Assembly: GCA_035624615.1 (NCBI GenBank)
Contig: DASPRE010000010.1
Coordinates: 155 to 64,154, forward strand
Direction of reading: 5' to 3'
Source of the DNA: Burkholderiales bacterium
GTDB lineage: Bacteria; Pseudomonadota; Gammaproteobacteria; Burkholderiales; JAHFRG01
Length of the DNA: 64,000 nucleotides
Positions within the stretch are counted from its first letter, which is position 1. Each line of letters begins with the position of its first letter. This document shows positions 20,493 through 30,265 of the stretch, one piece after another. Made by a program: the position numbers and the translations under genes. The notes below the pieces were generated by a model, which was not told the origin of the DNA, made no database searches, and saw only the letters and a list, made by a program, of their open reading frames with translations.

Positions 20493-20969
20493 ATGCGACT
20501 GACAACCAAAGGGCGTTTTGCGGTAACTGCGATGATTGATCTGGCCATGCGTCACGGCAGCGGGCCGGTGACCTTGTCGGAAATCAGCGAGCGGCAGAAA
20601 ATTTCCCTGTCTTATCTCGAACAATTGTTTGGCAAGTTGCGCCGGCATGCTTTAGTCGAGAGCGTGCGGGGTCCTGGCGGCGGTTATTGCTTGGCGAAAA
20701 ATGTGGACCAGGTTTCAGTGGCGGATATCATTCTCGCTGTAGACGAGCCGATTGATGCCACGCAGTGCGGGGGCAAGGAAAACTGCCGCGACGATCAAAA
20801 ATGTTTGACCCACGACCTATGGGCTGCGTTGAATGACCGCATCTTCGACTACCTGCAATCGGTCACTCTCTCACAGCTAGTGGCCGACCAACAAAAAGAA
20901 GGGAATGTCAAAGTGCTCCATGACCAGCGCAGGAGCCTAAAGAAGGACGAATCCGCAGTTTCGGCATGA
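20493..20969 (+). CDS. iscR: Fe-S cluster assembly transcriptional regulator IscR (Rrf2 family)
   Basis: The track ORF is trimmed to ATG 20493 (MRLTTKGRFAVTAMIDLA). It has an Rrf2 winged helix, and the three Cys plus His cluster ligands are present (CGGKENCRDDQKCLTHDLW). Confidence 0.93.
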   Translation: MRLTTKGRFAVTAMIDLAMRHGSGPVTLSEISERQKISLSYLEQLFGKLRRHALVESVRGPGGGYCLAKNVDQVSVADIILAVDEPIDATQCGGKENCRDDQKCLTHDLWAALNDRIFDYLQSVTLSQLVADQQKEGNVKVLHDQRRSLKKDESAVSA

Positions 20970-22123
20970 CAGGTATGACCCTTCCCGTTTATTTTGACCA
21001 CAATGCGACTACGCCGCTTGACGAACGCGTGCTGGAAGCAATGTTGCCATATTTGAAAACGCATTACGGTAATGCCTCGAGCCGCCACATGTACGGTACC
21101 CAGGCGCGAAAAGCGGTAAACGAGGCGCGCGCTCGGGTCGCCGCGGCTGTTGGGGTTGAACCCGTGCAGGTGGTGTTTGTCAGCGGTGGAACTGAAGCTA
21201 ACAATACCTTCATCAAGGGCGCGGCAGCACAACAGACTCCTTCGCAGATCGGGGTAAGCGCTATTGAACATCCCTGTATTGCCAGGCCCGCACAAGAATT
21301 GGCAAGAGTCGGCTGGAAATTGCGCAAATTGGCGGTCGACAGCGAGGGCAGAATTGATCTTGCCGATGTGGAGGCAGCACTCATGCAACCAACCGGGATT
21401 GTGTCAGTAATGCTTGCCAATAATGAGACTGGCGTGATTCAGGATGTGGCTGCGGTAGCTGAATTAGCGAGACGACGGAAAGCCTGGATGCACACCGACG
21501 CGGTGCAGGCATTCGGAAAAATAGCTGTGGATTTTACCTCGCTCAATGTACATGCGATGACGATTTCGGCGCACAAAATCTACGGCCCGAAGGGCGCAGC
21601 CGCCTTGATTCTGGACAAGCGCCTGGAATTAAAGCCGCTGCTCTCAGGCGGCGGGCATGAGAAAGGTATGCGGTCCGGAACTGAAAATGTTCCTGCAATC
21701 GTCGGTTTTGGTAAGGCTTGCGAGCTGGCAATAATCCGCCTGCGCGATATTTCATCGAGCTTGCAGGTGATGCGTGACCGCCTGGAAAACGGCTTGAGGG
21801 GCATGGGCGCTCGGATATTCGGCGGTAATGTCCAGCGTTTGCCTAATACCTGCTATTTCGCATTTCCGGGGATAGGGGGAGAAACTCTTGTAATCGAGCT
21901 CGACAAGGCGGGCTATGCGGTAGCAAGCGGTTCCGCGTGCTCGAGCGTGAGCCATGATCCAAGCCCAACATTACTGGCCATGGGTGTGGCGCCCGAAATT
22001 GCAGAAAGCGCAGTCAGGGTAAGTCTGGGCAAAGACAATAAAATGCAAGAAGTAGAGGGTTTTCTGCAAGCGATTGGCTCAGTATTAAACCGGTTGAAAC
22101 GGCTCTCGGCGATTGCGGTCTGA
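20966..22123 (+). CDS. iscS: Cysteine desulfurase, group I (NifS/IscS-like, short form)
   Basis: 385 aa with FDHNATTP, the PLP lysine in SAHKIYGPKG and the active-site loop ASGSACSS. It is shorter than canonical IscS, and no iscU follows. Its ATG overlaps the iscR stop (ATGA). Confidence 0.85.
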   Translation: MTGMTLPVYFDHNATTPLDERVLEAMLPYLKTHYGNASSRHMYGTQARKAVNEARARVAAAVGVEPVQVVFVSGGTEANNTFIKGAAAQQTPSQIGVSAIEHPCIARPAQELARVGWKLRKLAVDSEGRIDLADVEAALMQPTGIVSVMLANNETGVIQDVAAVAELARRRKAWMHTDAVQAFGKIAVDFTSLNVHAMTISAHKIYGPKGAAALILDKRLELKPLLSGGGHEKGMRSGTENVPAIVGFGKACELAIIRLRDISSSLQVMRDRLENGLRGMGARIFGGNVQRLPNTCYFAFPGIGGETLVIELDKAGYAVASGSACSSVSHDPSPTLLAMGVAPEIAESAVRVSLGKDNKMQEVEGFLQAIGSVLNRLKRLSAIAV

Positions 22124-22157
22124 ACAATAGTACAAGTTGACGGAGAAACGGGAAAAC

Positions 22158-22481
22158 ATGGCCATTACATTGACCGAGAATGCAGCCAACCACATAAAGA
22201 AAGTTTTGGCGAAACGTGGAAGTGGGGTAGGCTTGCGTCTCGGCGTAAAGAAAGTTGGGTGTTCGGGTCTGGCGTACACTTTTGATTACGCCGACAAGGT
22301 GGGTGAACGTGACCATCTTTTCGAATCGCACGAGGCTAAAGTGGTGGTTGACGCCGATAGCCTGCCTTATCTTGATGGCGCCGTCCTGGATTATGTCAAA
22401 GAGGGCTTCAAGGAAACTTTTAAGTTTGACAATCCTAACGTCAAAGAGCAGTGCGGGTGCGGTGAAAGCTTCAGCGTCTAA
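22158..22481 (+). CDS. iscA: A-type Fe-S cluster carrier (IscA/SufA/ErpA family)
   Basis: The track ORF is trimmed to ATG 22158 (107 aa, MAITLTENAANHIKK). It has the three conserved Cys (GCSG ... CGCGESF). Confidence 0.9.
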   Translation: MAITLTENAANHIKKVLAKRGSGVGLRLGVKKVGCSGLAYTFDYADKVGERDHLFESHEAKVVVDADSLPYLDGAVLDYVKEGFKETFKFDNPNVKEQCGCGESFSV

Positions 22482-22530
22482 TGCATCTATCACTTGAGTC
22501 AGTTTCGCAATTAAATCTAGTGAGGAACGC

Positions 22531-22589
22531 AAAGTTGACTAATTTAATCGGGTATTTTAAAATAATACTTGAGTAAATAACTCGGGATT
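22531..22589 (+). promoter_or_regulatory. suf promoter overlapped by tandem IscR type-1-like operators
   Basis: Site 1 is AAAGTTGACTAATTTAATCGGGTAT (22531-22555, 23/25 to consensus). Site 2 is ATACTTGAGTAAATAACTCGGGATT (22565-22589, about 20/25). Within site 1, TTGACT (22535-22540) plus a 17-nt spacer plus TAAAAT (22558-22563) forms a near-consensus sigma-70 promoter about 55 nt upstream of the sufB ATG. Confidence 0.65.
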
Positions 22590-22618
22590 AAAGTTTTTAA
22601 CAATCAGGAACTAAGTGA

Positions 22619-24055
22619 ATGAGCGCAATGTTGGAAAAGCTGGTTAACCAGCCATATAAACATGGATTCGTGACCCCGATTGAGGAAGATGTCATCGCCA
22701 AGGGATTAAGCGAAGACGTGATTCGCATGATCTCCAAGAAAAAGAATGAACCGGACTGGTTGCTGGAATTCAGGCTCAACGCTTATCGCCACTGGCTTAC
22801 GATGCGCGAACCGCGCTGGGCCAATGTGCGCTATGCGGAAATCGACTATCAGGACATCATTTATTATGCCGCGCCGCGGCCCAAGAAAAAACTTTCAAGC
22901 ATGGATGAGGTTGATCCCGAGCTGCGGCGTGCCTTTGAAAAACTGGGTGTTCCGCTGCATGAACAGAAGGCACTAGCCGGCGTGGCAGTGGATGTGGTGT
23001 TCGACAGCGTTTCGGTGGCCACGACCTACAAAACGAAACTGGCAGAACTCGGAATCATATTCTGTTCTTTCTCGGAAGCAGTGCAAGAGCATTCGGAGCT
23101 AGTGAAAAAATATCTTGGCAGCGTAGTGCCGCCGACCGACAATTTTTTTGCTTCCCTCAATTCAGCGGTGTTCACTGACGGCTCATTTTGCTATATCCCG
23201 AAAGGGACCAAGTGCCCGATGGATCTGAGCACCTATTTCCGCATTAACACGCAGGATTCGGGTCAATTTGAGCGCACACTCATCATCGCGGAAGAGGGCG
23301 CGTCGGTTTCGTATCTCGAAGGTTGTACCGCTCCGAAGTTCGACACCAACCAGCTGCATGCTGCGGTGGTGGAGCTCATTGCGCTGGATAACGCGGAAAT
23401 AAAATACTCGACAGTGCAGAACTGGTATACGGGAGATGAGAACGGTGTCGGAGGAGTTTACAACTTTGTAACCAAGCGCGGCTTGTGCAAAGGGGCTAAT
23501 TCGAAAATTTCCTGGACCCAGGTAGAAACCGGTTCGGCCATCACCTGGAAATATCCCTCCTGCGTTTTACTTGGTGACAATTCGATTGGCGAATTTTATT
23601 CGGTAGCGCTTACCAATCACAGGCAGCAGGCCGACACGGGAACCAAAATGACCCATATTGGCAGGAACACGCGCAGCCGTATCATTAGCAAAGGCATTTC
23701 CGCGGGCCGTTCCAACAACAGCTACCGAGGCCAGGTGAAACTCGGGCCGCGGGCGCAAAACGCGCGCAATTACTCGCAATGTGATTCGATGCTGCTGGGC
23801 AGCGCCTGCAGCGCCAACACCTTTCCTTATATTGACGTGCAGAACAATAGTGGGAAGGTGGAACACGAGGCCTCCACTTCGAAAATCGGTGAAGACCAAC
23901 TGTTTTACTTCGCGCAACGCGGCATCGGCGCCGAGGCAGCCGTCTCGATGATCATCAACGGTTTTTGCAGAGATGTGTTCAATCAATTGCCGATGGAATT
24001 CGCCGTCGAGGCCACCAAGTTGCTGGGTCTTAAACTGGAAGGAAGCGTGGGATGA
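22619..24055 (+). CDS. sufB: Fe-S cluster assembly scaffold protein SufB
   Basis: 478 aa starting [24 protein letters not shown], with a conserved C-terminal beta-helix region, followed by sufC-sufD. Confidence 0.96.
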   Translation: MSAMLEKLVNQPYKHGFVTPIEEDVIAKGLSEDVIRMISKKKNEPDWLLEFRLNAYRHWLTMREPRWANVRYAEIDYQDIIYYAAPRPKKKLSSMDEVDPELRRAFEKLGVPLHEQKALAGVAVDVVFDSVSVATTYKTKLAELGIIFCSFSEAVQEHSELVKKYLGSVVPPTDNFFASLNSAVFTDGSFCYIPKGTKCPMDLSTYFRINTQDSGQFERTLIIAEEGASVSYLEGCTAPKFDTNQLHAAVVELIALDNAEIKYSTVQNWYTGDENGVGGVYNFVTKRGLCKGANSKISWTQVETGSAITWKYPSCVLLGDNSIGEFYSVALTNHRQQADTGTKMTHIGRNTRSRIISKGISAGRSNNSYRGQVKLGPRAQNARNYSQCDSMLLGSACSANTFPYIDVQNNSGKVEHEASTSKIGEDQLFYFAQRGIGAEAAVSMIINGFCRDVFNQLPMEFAVEATKLLGLKLEGSVG

Positions 24056-24837
24056 AAGGCAAAAAGATACTGCTCGAAGTCCGCAACCTGTCAGCCCAAG
24101 TCGCCGGCACGGAGATTCTCAAGGGCATCAACCTCACCGTGAAACCTGGTGAAGTGCACGCCATCATGGGGCCGAACGGTTCGGGCAAGAGCACATTTGC
24201 CAAAGTACTGGCGGGGCATGCTGACTACTCGGTGACTGGAGGCGAAGTGCTTTATCAGGGGAAGAATCTTCTGGATATGTCTCCTGAAGATCGCTCGCGG
24301 GCGGGAGTATTTCTCGCGTTCCAGTATCCGATAGAAATTCCAGGGGTGAGCAACAGCGCTTTCCTGCGCCTGGCGTATAACACCATGCAGACGGCGCGCG
24401 GCGGCGAGGAACTGGACCCTCTGGAATTCGACGATTTTATACGGGAAAAGATTAAGCTTGTTGGAATGGACCCGAGCTTTCTCGACCGCAGCGTGAACGA
24501 AGGATTTTCCGGCGGCGAAAAAAAACGCAACGAGATCGTCCAAATGGCGGTACTTGAGCCCAAGCTCGCAGTACTCGATGAAACCGATTCGGGACTGGAT
24601 ATCGATGCCTTGAAAGTCGTCGCGAACGGCGTAAATCACCTTATCAGGCCGGACAACGCGATTATTTTGGTAACGCATTACCAACGCCTGCTCAACTATA
24701 TTATTCCTGACTTCGTGCATGTCATTGAGAGCGGGCAGATCGTCAAGACCGGCGGCAAGGAACTTGCATTGGAGCTCGAGAATCGCGGCTACGACTGGGT
24801 GCGCGCCGAATTCGATGCGGCAAGAGTCGCTGCCTGA
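24052..24837 (+). CDS. sufC: Fe-S cluster assembly ATPase SufC
   Basis: 261 aa. It is an ABC-type ATPase with Walker [10 protein letters not shown], the signature FSGGEKKR and Walker [12 protein letters not shown]. There is a 4-nt overlap with sufB. Confidence 0.96.
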   Translation: MKGKKILLEVRNLSAQVAGTEILKGINLTVKPGEVHAIMGPNGSGKSTFAKVLAGHADYSVTGGEVLYQGKNLLDMSPEDRSRAGVFLAFQYPIEIPGVSNSAFLRLAYNTMQTARGGEELDPLEFDDFIREKIKLVGMDPSFLDRSVNEGFSGGEKKRNEIVQMAVLEPKLAVLDETDSGLDIDALKVVANGVNHLIRPDNAIILVTHYQRLLNYIIPDFVHVIESGQIVKTGGKELALELENRGYDWVRAEFDAARVAA

Positions 24838-24845
24838 GAGCAGGC

Positions 24846-26165
24846 ATGGAACTCGTCAATACCAGCGCGAAGGACCGCTTTCTCGAAAGGCTATTGCTTG
24901 GGCAGCCTCCGGCAAGCCCGCTTGGCTGGTTGAATCAAATTCGCAGCACCGCGACTGAGCGCGCCAATGCGCTCACCGTTCCTACCACCCGCGATGAAGA
25001 CTGGCGTTTCACTGATCCTTCACCACTGCTGAAATTTCCTTTCCAGCCGGCGCGCGGCGCGCCACGTCTTTCGCAGGCCGAAATTCAGCGCTACGTGATA
25101 CCCGAAGCCTCGTCGGACCGCGTGGTTTTTATTGATGGGATGTACGCGGCGGAGCTTTCCACGCACTGCGGTCATGAGCACGGGATCGAGCTAACCAGCA
25201 TTGCGCAGGGCCTGTCGTTTCAAAACGAGATATTGCAGCAGCATCTCGGGCAGCATGCCAATTTTCAGAACGACGTGTTTTGCGCGCTCAATACCAGCTT
25301 TCTGCGCGATGGAGCGCTGGTAATCATCAACGAAAATGTGGTTTATCCCACGCCTATCCATTTGCTGTTCATCACCAGCAATCCGGAAACTGTGGTTTAC
25401 CCTCGCACGCTAGTGGTGGCTAGACCAGGGAGCAGATGCGAGCTCATCGAGGAGTACGTAGGCCTTGCAGAAAACGTTTATTTCAATTGCGCGGTGGCCG
25501 AAATCGTCGTCGGCGAACGTTCGCGGGTGCGGCACATCAAGCTACAAAAGGAAAGCGACTCTGCTTTTCACATCGCGCAATGCGCCGTGAATCTGGGACG
25601 AGATTCCCATTACACTTCTGATACCATCAGTTTGGGTGCGCGATGGTCGCGCCATAACCAGCATGTGTTGCAAACCGCCGAAGGCACGCACTGCGCACTG
25701 GACGGGCTTGCTCTGATTTCGGGCCGCCAGCTTGCGGATACCCATACCTTTATGGAGCACGCCAAACCTGCTGGCTACAGCCGCCAGCTGCACAAGTGCA
25801 TCGTGGACGATGCTGCGCACGCGGTCTTCAACGGCAAGGTGCTGGTGCGAGAAGGCGCGCAGCTTACCGACTCGGCCCAATCCAGCCGCAATCTGCTGCT
25901 TTCCGACAAAGCACATGTGGATACCAAGCCGCAGCTGGAAATTTTCGCCGATGATGTGAAATGCACTCACGGGGCAACGGTAGGCCAGCTTGATGCGGAA
26001 GAGGTGTTTTATCTTAGGAGCCGCGGACTCGACGAAAAAGCCGCGCGCAGCCTTTTGACCTACGCATTCGCTGCTGAAATCATTGACAAGATTCCAGTGG
26101 CCTCGTTGGCGAGGCACTTGCGGCACATGGTGATGGAAAGAACACAGTTAAGAGAAAGAGTATGA
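24846..26165 (+). CDS. sufD: Fe-S cluster assembly protein SufD
   Basis: 439 aa. It is a SufB paralogue-like beta-helix protein positioned between sufC and sufS, with the C-terminal motif KCTHGATVGQLD. Confidence 0.93.
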   Translation: MELVNTSAKDRFLERLLLGQPPASPLGWLNQIRSTATERANALTVPTTRDEDWRFTDPSPLLKFPFQPARGAPRLSQAEIQRYVIPEASSDRVVFIDGMYAAELSTHCGHEHGIELTSIAQGLSFQNEILQQHLGQHANFQNDVFCALNTSFLRDGALVIINENVVYPTPIHLLFITSNPETVVYPRTLVVARPGSRCELIEEYVGLAENVYFNCAVAEIVVGERSRVRHIKLQKESDSAFHIAQCAVNLGRDSHYTSDTISLGARWSRHNQHVLQTAEGTHCALDGLALISGRQLADTHTFMEHAKPAGYSRQLHKCIVDDAAHAVFNGKVLVREGAQLTDSAQSSRNLLLSDKAHVDTKPQLEIFADDVKCTHGATVGQLDAEEVFYLRSRGLDEKAARSLLTYAFAAEIIDKIPVASLARHLRHMVMERTQLRERV

Positions 26166-27424
26166 ACAAGCCAAGTTCAGTTCTGAGCAAAAAAGCGGTG
26201 ACGGGGACGCTGGACGTGGCGCGTATTCGATCTGAGTTCCCGATACTAGCGCGGCTTGTAAACGGCAAGCCACTGGTATATCTGGACAACGCTGCGAGCA
26301 GCCAAATGCCGCAGCCCGTGATCGACCGGTTGGTGCGCTATCAAACCCAGGAGCATGCCAATATCCACCGCGCGGTGCATACCTTGAGCGAGCACGCGAC
26401 GGCGGAATACGAAGAGTCACGGCGCAAAGCCCAGCGCTTTGTCAACGCCCGGGACGAACACGAAATCATTTTTACACGTGGCACTACCGAGAGCATCAAT
26501 CTAGTGATGCAGGGCTATGGCCGCGCTTTCATCAAGGCCGGCGACGAAATTATTCTGACGGGACTGGAGCACCACTCGAACATCGTACCGTGGCAGATGC
26601 TATGTGAAGAAAAGGGGGCCAAGCTGCGCGTCGCGCTCATCAGCGATGCGGGCGAAATTCTGCTGGATGAGTATCAAAACCTGTTTAACGACCGCACCAA
26701 ATTCGTGGCGCTTTCACACGTCTCGAATGCTCTGGGTACGGTGAATCCGGTGGGTGACATGATTCTTATAGCACATCAACAGAATGTTCCGGTGCTACTT
26801 GATGGAGCCCAGGCGGCGCCGCATCTCAGAATCGATGTGCAGACACTCGATTGCGATTTTTACGCATTTTCCGGCCATAAGATATGCGGGCCGACCGGCA
26901 TAGGCGTGCTTTACGGCAAGCGCGCTCTTTTGGAAAAAATGCAGCCTTTTCAGGGCGGCGGTGACATGATATTGAGCGTTACCTTCGAAAAAACGACTTA
27001 CAATACGGTTCCCTTTAAATTTGAAGCGGGAACGCCGCCGATTGCAGCTGCCATCGGCATGGGCTCGGCCATGGATTATCTTAACGGCATCGGCTTCGAA
27101 CGCATCGGCGCGCATGAAACCGAGCTACTCGACTATGCAACTCAACAAGTCGGCTCGATGAAAGGCGTGAGGATCATTGGCACTGCGAAGCACAAGGCGG
27201 CGGTGCTTTCTTTCATGATCGAAGGCGTACATCCGCACGATGTGGGCACAATACTGAATGAAGACGGGATTGCAATTCGCACCGGCCATCACTGCGCGCA
27301 GCCGGTAATGCGGCGCTTTGGCGTGCCGGCCACGGCACGCGCTTCATTCGCGTTTTACAATACCTTTGAAGAAGTGGACGCGCTGATTGCAGGGATTAGA
27401 AAGGTTCAAAGGATGTTCGGATAA
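26162..27424 (+). CDS. sufS: Cysteine desulfurase SufS (group II)
   Basis: 420 aa with the PLP lysine in SGHKICGPTG and the group II active-site motif RTGHHCAQP. Confidence 0.95.
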   Translation: MNKPSSVLSKKAVTGTLDVARIRSEFPILARLVNGKPLVYLDNAASSQMPQPVIDRLVRYQTQEHANIHRAVHTLSEHATAEYEESRRKAQRFVNARDEHEIIFTRGTTESINLVMQGYGRAFIKAGDEIILTGLEHHSNIVPWQMLCEEKGAKLRVALISDAGEILLDEYQNLFNDRTKFVALSHVSNALGTVNPVGDMILIAHQQNVPVLLDGAQAAPHLRIDVQTLDCDFYAFSGHKICGPTGIGVLYGKRALLEKMQPFQGGGDMILSVTFEKTTYNTVPFKFEAGTPPIAAAIGMGSAMDYLNGIGFERIGAHETELLDYATQQVGSMKGVRIIGTAKHKAAVLSFMIEGVHPHDVGTILNEDGIAIRTGHHCAQPVMRRFGVPATARASFAFYNTFEEVDALIAGIRKVQRMFG

Positions 27425-27912
27425 TGGCGGACATGAAACAGCTCTACCAGGAAGTTATCCTGGACCATAACAGGAAGCCGCGCAATTTCGGAACGCTGGA
27501 TAATCCGAGCCACACGGCTGAAGGATTGAATCCATTGTGTGGAGATCACATTTTTGTTTCATTGCGCGTACGCGGCAACACAGTCGAAGATATTGCTTTT
27601 CGAGGCGAGGGGTGTGCCATTTGCAAGGCTTCCACCTCTATGATGACTACCAGCGTCAAGGGAAAAACGGTGGACGAGGCGGAGACGAAAGTACAGGAAT
27701 TCCGTGACATGGCGACCGGCAAGCTGGATGTGAAAAGACAACCGAATCACCTGGGGCGGCTTGCAGTGTTTGAAGGAGTGAAAGATCTGCCCTCAAGGGT
27801 AAAATGCGCGATACTCCCATGGCACACCCTGCATGCAGCATTGCATTCAGTTGCGACAACGACTACCGAAAACGAAGAAGAGCCGATGAAAGCAGCCGGC
27901 GTCAGCATTTAA
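27424..27912 (+). CDS. sufU: SUF system NifU-family sulfur acceptor/scaffold SufU
   Basis: 162 aa with NPLCGDHI, GEGCAICKASTSMM and a later conserved Cys (KCAILPW), the SufU/IscU-like fold. It has a TAATG overlap with sufS. Confidence 0.85.
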   Translation: MADMKQLYQEVILDHNRKPRNFGTLDNPSHTAEGLNPLCGDHIFVSLRVRGNTVEDIAFRGEGCAICKASTSMMTTSVKGKTVDEAETKVQEFRDMATGKLDVKRQPNHLGRLAVFEGVKDLPSRVKCAILPWHTLHAALHSVATTTTENEEEPMKAAGVSI

Positions 27913-27925
27913 ATAGAAAATTACC

Positions 27926-28486
27926 ATGCCCAAGATCGCGGAAATTGAAAGTACGCCCAATCCGAACGCCATGAAATTCATCTTGAAGGAGCCGCTCACG
28001 TACGGAGTGACGCGCTCCTATGACAGCGCGGCGCAGGCCAAGGATGATCCGCTTGCTTCGGCGCTATTCGCAGTTCCCCACGTTACCAATGTTTTTTATG
28101 TGGACCATTGGCTTACCGTAACCCAGGACGGACAGGCCAATTGGCAGGAATTGTTGAAAGAGCTCGCTGTGCCGATACGCGCCGCGAGCGCCGAAGCCCA
28201 GTTGCAGTCCCAGATTGCACCTGCCGAAAATGAAGCGGGCGTGGCTATCAGCATAGAAGATACATTGCGGCTGGCGCAGATTAACGAGCTACTAGACCAG
28301 CAAATTCGACCTTATCTCCAGGGTGATGGCGGTGACCTCAAGGTACTGAAGCTGGAAGGCAATACGCTCACTATTCATTACCAAGGCGCGTGCGGCAGTT
28401 GCCCGACTTCGCTCGCCGGGACTTTGTCCGCGGTGGAAAGTCTGGTGCGCACCATCGAGCCCGATATCCAGCTGGTGGCCATTTGA
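27926..28486 (+). CDS. Nfu-type Fe-S cluster carrier (Nfu N-terminal domain plus NifU C-terminal CxxC domain)
   Basis: 186 aa. The N-terminal domain is ESTPNPNAMKFIL. The C-terminal domain is IRPYLQGDGGDLKVL ... GACGSCPTS. Confidence 0.85.
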   Translation: MPKIAEIESTPNPNAMKFILKEPLTYGVTRSYDSAAQAKDDPLASALFAVPHVTNVFYVDHWLTVTQDGQANWQELLKELAVPIRAASAEAQLQSQIAPAENEAGVAISIEDTLRLAQINELLDQQIRPYLQGDGGDLKVLKLEGNTLTIHYQGACGSCPTSLAGTLSAVESLVRTIEPDIQLVAI

Positions 28487-28806
28487 TGGCGGACTGGGTC
28501 GCTGTGGCGCGGGTTGAAGAATTGCCTCCCGGTCAATGGCGCGTAGTGGACCTGGACGGCACTCGGGTTGCAGTTTTCAACCTTCAAGGAGAATATTTCG
28601 CGATTGAAGACGTGTGCACCCATGATGGCGGGATATTGACCGGCGGCACGGTTGAAGGCGAGCAAATCATCTGCCCGCGCCACGGAGCGCGATTTTCTAT
28701 CAAGACCGGCGAAGCACTCGCCGCGCCCGCCTACGAAGCTACTGCCACCTTTCCGGTGCGCGTGCAGTACGGCGAAATCCAGGTCAAAGACGACCGCTGG
28801 GATTGA
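28486..28806 (+). CDS. Rieske [2Fe-2S] ferredoxin-like protein (non-heme iron oxygenase ferredoxin subunit type)
   Basis: The track ORF is trimmed to ATG 28486 (TGATG overlap with the nfu stop), giving 106 aa. The Rieske ligands are CTHDGG and CPRHGARF. Confidence 0.88.
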   Translation: MADWVAVARVEELPPGQWRVVDLDGTRVAVFNLQGEYFAIEDVCTHDGGILTGGTVEGEQIICPRHGARFSIKTGEALAAPAYEATATFPVRVQYGEIQVKDDRWD

Positions 28807-28897
28807 TGGCGAAGCAAGTTTACTCGAAGACGCGCCGCATGCTATATCGAAAAAGAGGAGATGGCATTCCTCCTAAATAACTGCCGCAAGGCTGATG

Positions 28898-28946
28898 ATG
28901 CCTACGCGAAGCGCCGGATAACGGTGAACGTGTAGGCATTTTTGTG
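28898..28946 (+). terminator. Probable intrinsic terminator of the suf operon
   Basis: ATGCCTAC (28898-28905) pairs with GTAGGCAT (28932-28939). The interior can form an extra CGCCG/CGGTG helix. The hairpin is followed by TTTTTGTGT. The long interior loop lowers confidence. Confidence 0.5.
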
Positions 28947-29035
28947 TCTGGTTTCCGAAATGCTTCCGGTTTCTCCCGTTGCCCGGGACGTGAATAAACA
29001 TTGAGCTGATTTCGCATTGGCACAAGGAGATTCAA

Positions 29036-30253
29036 ATGACTGAAACCTGGGGCCTCGCGGCATTGTGGATGGGTCTGGCTTTGATCGCAGTGTTGATCTC
29101 GATCTGGCTGCGCATTGCAACCGCATTATCGGAAATTGTGGTCGGCATTGTTGCGCAGCTCCTTATCGGCACGTTTATCGGTGCCGCCGCTCTCGGAGCG
29201 GATCATTCATGGATCAAGTTTCTCTCGGGAACCGGAGCCATTGTTTTGACGTTTCTAGCCGGCGCCGAACTCGATCCTGTGGTATTCAAGCTGAAACTGA
29301 AAGAAGCTATGGCGGTTGGCTTGACAAGTTTTCTCGCACCGTTTCTCGGCTGTGCCGCAGCAGCTTATTATCTGTTGCACTGGAATGTCCAGGCGAGCTG
29401 GCTTGCGGGAGTTGCGTTATCGACCACTTCGGTCGCTGTGGTTTATGCGGTGATGCTGGAATTCGGCTTTAATAAGACCGATTATGGGAAGACCGTGCTC
29501 GCTGCGTGCTTTGTCACTGACCTGGGAACAGTACTGGCGCTGGGTTTTTTATTTTCGCCATTTACGTTCAAAACGTTGATCTTTTTCGCTGCCAGCGCCG
29601 TTGCTTTTATGATACTGCCACGGCTGACTCCGCGCTTTTTCAAACGCTACGGCGAAAGGCCGTCAGAACTGGAAGCGAAATACCTGTTGCTTTGTCTTTT
29701 CGGGCTAGGCGCGCTCGCCGCTTGGGCAGACAGCGAAGCGGTGCTGCCAGCTTACGTCATCGGCATGGTGCTGGCGGGCACTGTGGGAAAAGACCACGCC
29801 TTGATCCGTCGGCTGCGTACTTTGACTTTCGGGTTGCTTACGCCTTTCTATTTCATCCGCGCAGGCTCCTTCGTCTCGGTACCGGCATTGCTTGCAGCCC
29901 CGGCGGTATTTATCATTTTTCTTGTGGCAAAAATGGTGACTAAATTTGCGGGCGTCTATCCCGTTACCAAATTTTATGGCTCACCGAGGAAGGAGGCCAT
30001 GTATACGACACTGCTGATGTCTACAGGGCTTACTTTCGGCAGCATTTCAGCCTTGTTCGGGCTGAGCCACCATGTCATCGACCAAGCCCAGTACTCCCTG
30101 CTTGTGATAACTGTCATCGGAAGCGCGGTGGTGCCCACGCTCATTGCCAACGCTTTCTTCCTGCCGCGTCATTTGTTGAGACAAGCGCCCGAGTCAGGGA
30201 AAAATGTCGCTGAGCAAAAAACCGTTGTACCGCAACTCGCCGACCGAAAATAG
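29036..30253 (+). CDS. Cation:proton antiporter (CPA2 / Na+/H+ exchanger family)
   Basis: 405-aa polytopic membrane ORF. AAGGAG lies upstream of the ATG. The helix pattern and the GAELD motif (FLAGAELDP) are typical of Kef/NapA-type exchangers. Confidence 0.8.
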   Translation: MTETWGLAALWMGLALIAVLISIWLRIATALSEIVVGIVAQLLIGTFIGAAALGADHSWIKFLSGTGAIVLTFLAGAELDPVVFKLKLKEAMAVGLTSFLAPFLGCAAAAYYLLHWNVQASWLAGVALSTTSVAVVYAVMLEFGFNKTDYGKTVLAACFVTDLGTVLALGFLFSPFTFKTLIFFAASAVAFMILPRLTPRFFKRYGERPSELEAKYLLLCLFGLGALAAWADSEAVLPAYVIGMVLAGTVGKDHALIRRLRTLTFGLLTPFYFIRAGSFVSVPALLAAPAVFIIFLVAKMVTKFAGVYPVTKFYGSPRKEAMYTTLLMSTGLTFGSISALFGLSHHVIDQAQYSLLVITVIGSAVVPTLIANAFFLPRHLLRQAPESGKNVAEQKTVVPQLADRK

Positions 30254-30265
30254 GAGAGGACGATC

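Noticed and set aside
28861-28935. A 24-codon ORF (MAFLLNNCRKADDAYAKRRITVNV) follows the suf operon, adjacent to AGAGGAG.
   Set aside because: The SD-like run abuts the ATG with no spacing. The ORF also spans the predicted suf terminator hairpin, so it is more likely non-coding.
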